NCBI GenBank assembly: GCA_043228905.1
Contig: JBHGNT010000016.1
Location: 5,146,001-5,210,000 of the forward strand
DNA length: 64,000 bases
Direction of reading: 5' to 3'
Origin: Azolla caroliniana
Taxonomy: Eukaryota > Plantae > Polypodiophyta
The notes under the pieces are model-generated. The model saw only the letters and a program-made list of their open reading frames with translations, searched no databases and was not told the DNA's origin. Below, piece by piece: positions 14,206-23,333 of the stretch (its first letter is position 1; the number at the start of each line of letters is the position of its first letter). The translations under genes and the position numbers were made by a program.

Positions 14206-14687
14206 ACATGACCCAATTATAGGAAGCACTTTGGTTGATATGTATGCTAAAGGTGATTTGATTGAGGAATCACAAGAGGTATTTGATAAGCTCTTAGTTC
14301 GCGATGTGGTGTCATGGACTGCATTAATGGTAGGTTACGTTAGCTGTGGATGTGTGGATGAGGCATTGTGTTGTTTTAACCACATGCAAGAAGACATGGT
14401 ATATGTAAATTTTGTTGCATACATTTGCACCTTGAAAGTGTGCGCGAGCATCAGGGACATGATTGGAGCTACAATGTGAGATTGCAAAAAAAGGATTCGA
14501 AAAAGATCCCCTTGTAGTTACAACGATGGTTGATATGTATGCTAAGTGTGGTCTTCTTGAAGAAGCACAAAGCATGTTTGATAAGCTTCCTTTTAGAGAT
14601 GTGGTATCAACAACAATATTGTTATCGGGATACATCGAGCATGGATTTAATGCTGAGGTCCTTGTGTTTTTTGAAGAGATCCAATGA
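14206..14687 (+). pseudogene. PLS-class pentatricopeptide repeat gene fragment
   Basis: LVDMYAKGDLIEESQEVFDKLLVRDVVSWTALM and MVDMYAKCGLLEEAQSMFDKLPFRDVVS; frameshift near 14463, early stop, no start and no E/DYW domain. Confidence 0.85.
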
Positions 14688-15363
14688 GTAGGAATTGTTT
14701 CATACTCCTAGGACCAAATATCGAACTTTGTAGATGTTTACATTTGTTGATATTCAAGAAAGAGTCCATGGAAGTTGATATTACAATTGAGGCTCTTGAG
14801 TTGACATTGTAAACAGGGGTAGGGATCGGCAACGGCTCGGCTCAAGCCTAAACCGTTTGGCTTAGCCGGCTTGAAAACGGCTTAGCGGCTTAGCGGCTTA
14901 ACGGCTCGGCTCGGCTTGGCTTGAGCCTCGCCAAACCGGCTCAAGCCGGATAAACCGTTTAAGCCGTTTATAAACTTTAGAGAGGGGGAGAGAGACAACA
15001 GACAAGGGGAAAGAGAGAGAGAGTAAGGGAGGGAGAATTACATAGACGAGGAGAGAGAGACAGAGGGAGACAACATATAAGGAGAGAGAGAGAGAGAGAC
15101 TACACAAACGAGGAGAGAGAGAGAGAGGGAGGGAGACAACATATAAGGAGAGAGAGAGAGAGAGAGACTACACAGAGGGGGGAGAGAGAGAGAGAAAGAA
15201 AGAAAGATATATTAACGTCTTCTAAGGCCAAATTTGGCCCATGAGACAAATAGGTTACAACAAAAAATGAGTGTTTATCCAATCATCAAAACTAAAAATA
15301 AAAGAAAATAGCTTAAGCTAAGAAAGTTCTAGTAGTGTACAAAACTTTGCACCAAGCCTAATC

Positions 15364-18300
15364 TCATTTCCACCCAAGTCTCTCAAAAAGAAGTGGGAGG
15401 TCAAAAGTTTTTGGTGTGGGTGTGACCCATGGTCCCGATGCATAGAGTGCCCTAGCCATGGCTTCTAGGCGGTGTAGTTCACGTTCCCTTATTTTCTTTA
15501 TTGCTTCTACATCTCGTCGAGTTGCTTTGAAACCCGGCATCCGAGGGCATTTGGTTCTTCTTTGATTTTCTGCTTCATCAAGGAGAAGTCCGAGTGGTGC
15601 AGGTGTGTCGACATTCATTGTCTCCCCCTGTTCCTGAAAAACTTCATTTGTTATATGTTGGTAAACATTAGCAACATTAGTATCAACGTTTTGTAATTTG
15701 TTCTCTCTGTGGTGTTTCAATTCTAAGATGTATCTACCTAATTTCTTTATATCTAGTGTATCTAATAGTTTAGGGAGGGTGGGAGAGGAACCAAGTATGT
15801 CTTGGTATTTTGCCCTTATCTCGGCATAGGTGGGGCATTTGCATGTAAAATGGTACTCATCCTCTATCTCTATGTGGCATAACCTACATATCCTTTCCTC
15901 CCTAGGGACTCCATTAGTACGTCCATTCTCAATCTCAAGTTGGTGAGATGATATTCTAAGTTGACCAATGGCAACCCTTAGTGCATGTGGTAAGAATACA
16001 TCTAGATATTTTGGGCGCGTGATAAAACCTAACTCAGAGAAGTGCATAAAGTGTTCCTTATAGTACGACATTTTAGATGGGAGTGGCTCTAGTGGGGTGA
16101 TCCATTTATACCGGGTATAAATTTGCCATATTTCTTGGCGTATTACTTTATTACGGTCCTCATGAGAGAGTAAAGTGTTATCATTCGTGTGGTCGTACTT
16201 AAGGGGGGGGAGGTTAGTAATGTCTAGACCGTTGGCAAGAAGCCAACTCACCATCATGCCATACCATGAGCTAGTATAGCCGGACTCATACAATGCTCGA
16301 GAAGCCTTAAAGGCTTGGTGGGATATTCTATCAAGTGGTTGGTTATGTATCCTGTGTATAAAGACTACCAGTTGAAAAAGTGCTTCTACTAACATAGGGG
16401 GTAGAGTGAACTCAGCCCTAATAATGTCATGTGGGACCGACGATTTGCTTCGGAGTTGGCGTGATAACATCATCACCAATGGTCTCTCTAATTGCGTCCA
16501 CATGAAAGATGGTAGTCCTGGGGCCCAAACCACTGATGCATACATGAGAGAGGGAGTCACTAATGAGTCAAAGAGCCACCCTTTAGTTCGTGGCTCTTGG
16601 AAGTATGCTTGGTGGCATTGTCTCTCGAGGAGTGAGAGGGATGCATGTCCTCTTGTAAGTCTATTCTTCGCTGCTTGTGTCATCGAAAATTTACCTGAGC
16701 GGGCACTGAAAGTGACTCCGAGATAGACATATGATCCAACCACCTCAACTGGGCTATGGGAGATAGTTAGGTGACACTTAGCTCTAACTTGGGCCGACGT
16801 GTGGAAGATAAGGACTTTAGTTTTCCCTAGATTCACTACCAATCCTCGTTGTGTGCAAAAATCATCTAAGGCATTAAGGTGCCTTTGTAGGTCGTGTTCG
16901 GATTCAGAGAGCAAAACTATGTCATCTGCATAGAGCAAGATACGCACCTGCGTATCTCCAAGGACTACTCCATTGCCTCCCTTACGAGCAATAAAATCTG
17001 TGATCTCATCAATGTAGATCCCAAAAAGAGTCGGAGATAAGGGGCAACCTTGTTTTACACCAATAGTGCTAGTGAAACTATCGGATATGCCGCCTGGGCA
17101 TCGAACACACCCGGACACTTGTTCATATAGTGCGTAGATGGCCCAAACCATGTCATCTGGTATCCTCAAGCTCTTAAGCCTATCAAACAACCGCTCTCTA
17201 GGGACCGTGTCAAAGGCTTTGCGGAAGTCCACAAAACAACAATATAATTTCTTCTTGCGAGCCTTAGTCTGGTCAATTAAGCATCTAAGTGTGAAGATAT
17301 GGTCAATAGTGGAGAAGGCTCGTCTAAAGCCGGCCTGTTCAGGTGCACGAAGATTTAAGGTCTCCATATACTCGCTAAGCTCTGCCTCCATTACTGCACC
17401 ATATAATTTAGCAAGGGTATGACCTATCATAATGGTCCTATAAGTATTTGGGTCCATGGGGTCCCCCCCCTTATGTATGGGGGCCACTGTGTTCATCGTC
17501 CATTGTGATGGAAAACCCTCTGCAAGGGCACGATTGAAGATTAGAGTTAGTAAGGGAGCTAGGCACTCTCTCGCGTATATGATGTGTTCTGCTCGCAATC
17601 CTGTGTGGTCCATGGACTTCCTATGTTGTAATTTCTTTATGACCTTCGTGACCCTAGAGGTCGTGAAGAGTGTCCCCACAGTAGGTCGGGGTGTGGAAGG
17701 CATTGGAATGGGTGGTTGGTTTGGGATGTGGTAAAGTCTCTCTGTATAAGTGTGCCAAGTTTCGGGATCTTCGATGGGTGTTTGTGGTCTTGGTTCCCGT
17801 AATCTCTTCCATGCAGTGGCACAATCGTTACTCATGAGCATGTGGTAGAGTTCCCAATATTGGGATGCCTCCCATGCTCGTCTCTTACGACGTGTCATCT
17901 TGCGCATTTCTTTACGAGCTTGTACTGAGGTAATACTACCACTGAGTTGCGATATTGTAAGTTGTCGATGTAAGCACCTACAATCCTCATCATACCATCT
18001 ATTTTGTGGCATAGATCCTACTTTATCTTGATTGGAGTGTTTCGTGTATGGGAAGCTGCTAACCGCTGCAGAATGAAGGATGTGTGTGAGTTTCGTATTA
18101 AGGCTCTCTAAAGGTAGGGAGGGATAAAGGGAGGACAGATGGGCTTGAACATGTCGAGCATATATGTCAGAGAGCTCATGTGTGAAATGTATTGTGATGT
18201 CATGGCGTGGTTGACTAGAGTTGGTGATGTTAGAGATATCGCATTTTATCTCGAAGTATAAGAAACTATGGTCCGCGCCAATAGGACATGGGGCCACTCG

Positions 18301-18543
18301 GAAGGAGTTAATCATGTGGGTGGCTTCAGGGCGTCCTATTAGATAATCGATTGTGCTTTCCCCTCCTCCATGTGGGAAACATGTGAGCTCTTCCGAACCT
18401 GGCCACTTGGCTAAACCATTATATATGACCATCTGGTGCCGACTACCGAGTTTGAGCAAATGATGGCCAAAGCTCGTGGCGTCTGCATCTTGATCCTTTG
18501 ATCTACGTGTGGTGTCTATGTCTGAAGGATCGACATTTACCAT
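15364..18543 (-). CDS. LINE ORF2, main part (APE C-terminus, reverse transcriptase, CCHC zinc finger)
   Basis: STIDY..ADHS (end of APE), QAGFR, FVDFRKAFDTV, GVKQGCPLSPTLF, LLYADDIVL, YVYLGV; 1059 aa open frame. Confidence 0.93.
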   Translation of the reverse strand: MVNVDPSDIDTTRRSKDQDADATSFGHHLLKLGSRHQMVIYNGLAKWPGSEELTCFPHGGGESTIDYLIGRPEATHMINSFRVAPCPIGADHSFLYFEIKCDISNITNSSQPRHDITIHFTHELSDIYARHVQAHLSSLYPSLPLESLNTKLTHILHSAAVSSFPYTKHSNQDKVGSMPQNRWYDEDCRCLHRQLTISQLSGSITSVQARKEMRKMTRRKRRAWEASQYWELYHMLMSNDCATAWKRLREPRPQTPIEDPETWHTYTERLYHIPNQPPIPMPSTPRPTVGTLFTTSRVTKVIKKLQHRKSMDHTGLRAEHIIYARECLAPLLTLIFNRALAEGFPSQWTMNTVAPIHKGGDPMDPNTYRTIMIGHTLAKLYGAVMEAELSEYMETLNLRAPEQAGFRRAFSTIDHIFTLRCLIDQTKARKKKLYCCFVDFRKAFDTVPRERLFDRLKSLRIPDDMVWAIYALYEQVSGCVRCPGGISDSFTSTIGVKQGCPLSPTLFGIYIDEITDFIARKGGNGVVLGDTQVRILLYADDIVLLSESEHDLQRHLNALDDFCTQRGLVVNLGKTKVLIFHTSAQVRAKCHLTISHSPVEVVGSYVYLGVTFSARSGKFSMTQAAKNRLTRGHASLSLLERQCHQAYFQEPRTKGWLFDSLVTPSLMYASVVWAPGLPSFMWTQLERPLVMMLSRQLRSKSSVPHDIIRAEFTLPPMLVEALFQLVVFIHRIHNQPLDRISHQAFKASRALYESGYTSSWYGMMVSWLLANGLDITNLPPLKYDHTNDNTLLSHEDRNKVIRQEIWQIYTRYKWITPLEPLPSKMSYYKEHFMHFSELGFITRPKYLDVFLPHALRVAIGQLRISSHQLEIENGRTNGVPREERICRLCHIEIEDEYHFTCKCPTYAEIRAKYQDILGSSPTLPKLLDTLDIKKLGRYILELKHHRENKLQNVDTNVANVYQHITNEVFQEQGETMNVDTPAPLGLLLDEAENQRRTKCPRMPGFKATRRDVEAIKKIRERELHRLEAMARALYASGPWVTPTPKTFDLPLLFERLGWK

Positions 18544-19111
18544 TTCTAGGTTTCTTTCTATTCATTTGAAATATTGTGCATTGTCGGGATTGGGTTCTCG
18601 CATTAAAGTCTCCTACAAGGAATACTTCGCCTTGGGAAGAATATCGGATTATGTCATCCGATAGAGGTTCATATGGGGAAGGCCCATGTGGCACTCCGTC
18701 ATCAACTAATCTCGCCTCGCCAGCCAGATTATAACGAGAGCCTTTTGGGGGGAAGTAACAAATGGCGAAAATTACTGCCTTGTCCTTGCTTGTGGAGACT
18801 TTCACCCACATAAAACGAGCTTCTGGGTATGTGCTCAGTATTTCTATCCTATTATGTAGCTCCCTCCGAAACAATATTGCGACACCTCCAGATCCCCTGG
18901 TAGTGCATCGACGTGAGGTTTGTCTAAAAGCCGACTCCCAACGAAATCCTTCGACTCGTGGGAGTCCCCTATTTGGGCTTTGGTGTGTTTCTACTAGGCA
19001 AACTATATCTGATTCCTTTAATATCCCCTCTAGGCGGGCGGGGTGTGTCCAGAGTGCGCCGTTACAATTCCATAAGGTCATCCTAAGTGTGTTTTCTGTC
19101 ACATGGGCCAC
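18503..19111 (-). CDS. LINE ORF2, N-terminal APE endonuclease (one +1 frameshift from the RT part near 18545-18575)
   Basis: LWNCNG, IVCLVETH, SGGVAIL, CYFPP, LVGDFNAR. First ATG is at 19081. In frame with ORF1. Confidence 0.88.
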   Translation of the reverse strand: MAHVTENTLRMTLWNCNGALWTHPARLEGILKESDIVCLVETHQSPNRGLPRVEGFRWESAFRQTSRRCTTRGSGGVAILFRRELHNRIEILSTYPEARFMWVKVSTSKDKAVIFAICYFPPKGSRYNLAGEARLVDDGVPHGPSPYEPLSDDIIRYSSQGEVFLVGDFNARTQSRQCTIFQMNRKKPRNGKCRSFRHRHHT

Positions 19112-19117
19112 ACGCCG

Positions 19118-19924
19118 TCAATTAGTAGTGCGATCATTTATGATCACTCGCCCATCTCGATAAAAGGCGCGATGCCCGTCTTTGCGAGCTTGCATAACCT
19201 TTGGCATACAACTCTTGCGATACTCAATTTGCATCTTGGTGAGGTCTTCATCGAGATAGATAGGGTCCCCACCCAATCCTCGAAGAATTGGTCTCTTCTT
19301 AAAGAAAGTGATTCTAGAGTCTAAGTCTTTAAATTGAAGAACTAAGGCTCTCTTCCTAGTTGTGTCGCGTCCGGCCCTCCAAGCTTTGGTGATAGGTAGG
19401 GTCGTTGTGTACCCTAACATTTTCCCGAGTGTTTGTGCATCCTCGTCCGGGGATGCACCTTCCTTGAGCCCAGTGACACGCACATTTAGGCGTCGGGCCT
19501 GACGCATTTTCTCCTCTTCGAGGGTGGTATTAACAATATTTTCATCCTTTATTTCTTTTTTAATGTTTCTTTTAACGACATCTACCCAACCCGTTTTTGC
19601 TAACTCTATGTTATTTTTAACCTCCTCTTTAACTTTTTTGATCTCATCTTTTATATCCTCTATGGAGGATATTTCACCGTCCTCTCGGGATACCTTGATG
19701 TCATTAAGTTGTTGTTTGAGGTTTGTGTTTTCCTCTTTAAGTTTTTCTATTTCGGCCTTGAGGGTGTCTTTTTCCTCTCTATCTTTTTTCTTGTGGGTTT
19801 CGGCGTCTTTCACCCATTTTTTCATATCCGTCTCTATTTTTGTTAAACGGTTAAACATATCCAAAAAGTCCTCCTTATTTATAGCCTCGTCTTGTGTATC
19901 CTTGTGTTCCTTTCGTTTAGACAT
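19118..19924 (-). CDS. LINE ORF1 (coiled coil + RRM-like nucleic-acid-binding protein)
   Basis: K/E-rich heptads, then RRLNVRVTGLKE and IYLDEDLT..YRDGRVIIN, typical of LINE ORF1 proteins; 268 aa. Confidence 0.85.
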   Translation of the reverse strand: MSKRKEHKDTQDEAINKEDFLDMFNRLTKIETDMKKWVKDAETHKKKDREEKDTLKAEIEKLKEENTNLKQQLNDIKVSREDGEISSIEDIKDEIKKVKEEVKNNIELAKTGWVDVVKRNIKKEIKDENIVNTTLEEEKMRQARRLNVRVTGLKEGASPDEDAQTLGKMLGYTTTLPITKAWRAGRDTTRKRALVLQFKDLDSRITFFKKRPILRGLGGDPIYLDEDLTKMQIEYRKSCMPKVMQARKDGHRAFYRDGRVIINDRTTN

Positions 19925-20431
19925 TGTAGTGTCAATAAGAAAAGAAAAAAAAGGATAAAATAAATGGGTTCGAGACTTAGCTGAGTTTGTGTTATGTCGT
20001 AGTCACATTGGCATTTCGCACACGACGAGCACGCTAAAAGAACAAGGATGCGCCGCCAAGAGAAGAAACGCGACACTCGGCAACCTCAAGAAACAAGGTG
20101 GAGAAGAGCACGGCAACGGCAACGACAACTACAACGGATGATGATGAACTGCAGCAGGTCGTCCAGCACGCCGACGGCAGCAGACGGCGACGGACGTCAG
20201 CAGACGGCAGCAAACGACAGCAAACGGCGACGGACGTCAGAGGCGGCAGCGCGGCAACAGACGACAGCAGCACACGATGGGGGGGGACTGCAGCTCGGTA
20301 GCAGGCAGCGACAGATGTCGCAGACGGCAGCGACGATAGCGTGGCGCACGACCGTTGCTGCTGGCGCACGTTGCAGAGAGAGAGAGAGAGAGGAACTACA
20401 TAGAGGGGAGAGACAGAGAGACTACACAGAG

Positions 20432-20467
<36 letters not shown>

Positions 20468-23333
20468 CTACATAGAGGGGAGAGAGAGAGAGAGGGAGGG
20501 AGAGTCGAGACCATAGACGTGAGAGAGAGAGAGAGAGAGAGAGAGGAACTACATAGAGGGGAGAGAGAGAGGATTTACATAGAGGGGAGAGAGAGGGAGA
20601 GGGAGAGAGAGTCGAGACCACAGACGTGAGAGAGAGTGGGAGGGATCATCTGAGAGAGAGAGGGAGGTAGGGAGAGAGAGAGAGAGACGGAGGTTTCTAA
20701 ACCGGTTTCCAAGCCGTTTACCAAGCCGGTTCACAAACCGGTTTAGCCTAAACCGGTTTGTGAACCGGCTCGGCTCAGCTCAGGTTTGAGATCCTGTAAA
20801 CGGTTTAGGCTTAGCCGGTTTGGCCTGATCCAAGCCAAACCGGCTAAGCCTAAACCGAACCGTTGCCAATCCCTAAACAGGGGCACCTTTTTCCATAAGT
20901 GACGAAGCTTTTTCCTTTTCTTGTTCATAGTATCTAGGGAACCCTACATATTATCATATTGGTCATGGACTACTGCCAACAAGTTCTCCCATATTTCAAA
21001 TAGCACATTTGAGAGATGAATGTCTACCGCATCATAAAGTCGGTTACATCGATATTTCCATAATGCCCATAACGTTATTGTGGTCATTGTTTTCCAAATT
21101 TGGACAGATCGCACCTGCTTTCGAGGTTGCTAGAAACGACTAACTAATATCAATCTTCTATTATATATTGTCATTACCTCAGGAATATTGTTTGCCTCAT
21201 ACAACATCAAGCTGGAATGTAATACTCCCCACATCGCTACATAGAAAACCTTTTGCAACACATTTCTAAACATTTGAATGTGTGTGCTATGTGCGTATCC
21301 CATGTTGGGTTATGTGCGTGCATACGCCCTTGAAGTGAAACTGTCCTGTTCCCACATAAATATAGTCAAAGGAGTTAAATGTTAGTGAAAACAAGATGCC
21401 AAAGCTTTAAACAAGGTTGGAGCGTTCAATGCTCATATGGAATCACAAATGATGTGGCCATCTAATATTTAATTTGAATAATTCTAAACTTCTCTCTCGT
21501 GGAGTAAATGTGACACTTACTCAATCCTAATCCTACCTAATTAAGATGCTTGTCTCAAATGTCGAAAGACAAAACTAGATGTCATAGTTAGAAAAGTACC
21601 TTGACGTGGGTCGATGGGATATTGATCGTGATTAATGGAATCCAAGAAAGTTCCATATACTCATGATTCATAAAGAGAATTGAGAATATGTTCACTAGTT
21701 AATCCAAATCAAAGTAGAAGTGTAAGAATATCTAGTAAACCTAGTTTTAGCACATCCACTCCCTTCAAAAGTATGTATTTGCCAACATACACAAAACCCA
21801 ATTTTCAAGCGGTGGAAGTTGCTACTAGATAGAAAACATCATTACACTATGCAAAAGGAGTGCTTGAGCTATGTTATCAAGTAAGGAAATTGTTGACGTA
21901 CCCCTAGAAGCATAACATGCTATTTGAGATATTTGAAAAAAAACCTATACATGCATTCCCAAGGCCACTCATAGGTAAGGAGACCATACTTTAAACACCA
22001 CTTATATTTAGTTAATATTCAATGTAGTAGAGAAAGAGATGAAAAAGATGTTCACTGAGGCATCTATCATTCTATGGAGAATAACCAAACTTAGATTCAT
22101 TTTATTGTCTTCCAAAATGGGAAGTGATTTTAACTATATGGATCTCAAAAATGAATACAAGCTAGCTGGATTCCCGAAGAATCAATGTAAAGGTTAAAGT
22201 ACTAGTAATGTAATGAACAAAAATTAATTCAAGTTTCTAACCAACCCAAGTTGCCCATTTCAAAAGACAAGACCTAAAAGGCATTAGACACTTCGAAACA
22301 AGCAATATGGTGTAGACCAAGTTTATGTAACTTTTTGTAAGACATCACAGAATTTTATGTGCGAAATCTTCTCTAACTTATCTCAGGGCTACTTTGACTT
22401 TGAGAAGCATAAGGTCTTTTATTCTCAAAAGCATGCATAAAGGCATTTGTGACAAACTATACATATGTTAGTTTATTCCTCATCTTGTTAGAAATCAGCA
22501 TCTTGATATATGTGAAAAAGCACTAACTTCTACGCCATATCATAAAAAAGCAAGAGATGACAATGATAATAACTTAATAACTTATTATTACCACTAGATC
22601 TTAAGTATTCTCTTAGATCAAATGAAAAGCAAACGACAAAATAATTGCACATTGTGTAAACAACGCCCAGCTTTTTCAAACAAAGAGTATCAATGGTCAA
22701 CCAATGTTGATCAGACAAGTTGCATTGCAGTATAGCCAAGTGCCTTACTTTTTGACTAATGACAATTATTCAGAGTGGAAGTGTACTAGCTTAGTACACC
22801 ACCTCAAGCAGAGAACATCACTGAATCCTACACTTCAAACTACCAGCAGAATGGTTCGTTGTTATAAAAAAGATGGATTATTGATGATACAACAATCAAT
22901 GAAGGTTGAAAATGATAATGAATCAAGATTTTATAGAATTGGAATGAAAACAGTAAATAGCAACTCTTCTGCAAACAAATGGAACTAAATGTTACAGAGA
23001 AAACCATTCACTGAAAACTTATGATAAGTGTATTTACAAAGTGCTCAATAACTTTGCCGTATACAGAATTTTTTCACACATAAAATGTAATGTATAACTG
23101 GATAACAAAAGAATGCAAAGCTTTTAAAAAATGAAGAGTAAGCTTTGATGGCGAAACAATCCATCTCACACTTTCCATTTTTGTTTCTTTTGGGGAAAAA
23201 ACATCGGGCATATTGTGTTTCCTGGCAAGACACAAAAGGTATACAAGACACTGAAGGTTCTATATTTTATGGTAAACTGAAAATGAAATGGACCAATTAA
23301 GGAACATAAAACCCACCCAACCATGGAATGGAG

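Larger units (their letters stand above)
15190..20376 (-). mobile_element. Full-length non-LTR retrotransposon, RTEX-like (ORF1 + APE-RT-zinc finger)
   Basis: GC-rich 5' UTR ~19925-20376, ORF1, APE, RT and a C-terminal SSHQLEIENGR..RICRLC..EDEYHF..CP motif. The 3' end is palindrome GGCCAAATTTGGCC plus (TTTC)n merging into (TC)n. The clade call is inference from motifs. Confidence 0.88.
14820..20875. mobile_element. Non-autonomous hAT-superfamily element (arms ~14820-15190 and ~20375-20875) carrying a nested LINE
   Basis: TIRs TAGGGATCGGCAACGG (14820) and CCGTTGCCAATCCCTA (ends 20875), 1 mismatch. 8-bp TSD AACAGGGG at 14812-14819 and 20876-20883. Subterminal AACCG/GGCTT arrays and an internal GA-rich minisatellite; no transposase. 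Confidence 0.9.
14750..21250 (-). mobile_element. Decayed L1-type LINE 3' fragment, split by the hAT element (pieces ~14750-14819 and ~20884-21250)
   Basis: Minus-strand translation IWKTMTTITLWALWKYRC..EIWENLLAVVHDQYDNM*GSLD..LWKKVPLF continues across the TSD into TMSTQEPQL*YQLP. It aligns by eye with the C-terminus of ORF 227-1258. Outer limits are approximate. Confidence 0.7.

Noticed and set aside
20034-20629. ORFs of 193-195 aa on both strands
   Set aside because: Products of the GC-rich LINE 5' UTR and the GA microsatellite; low complexity.
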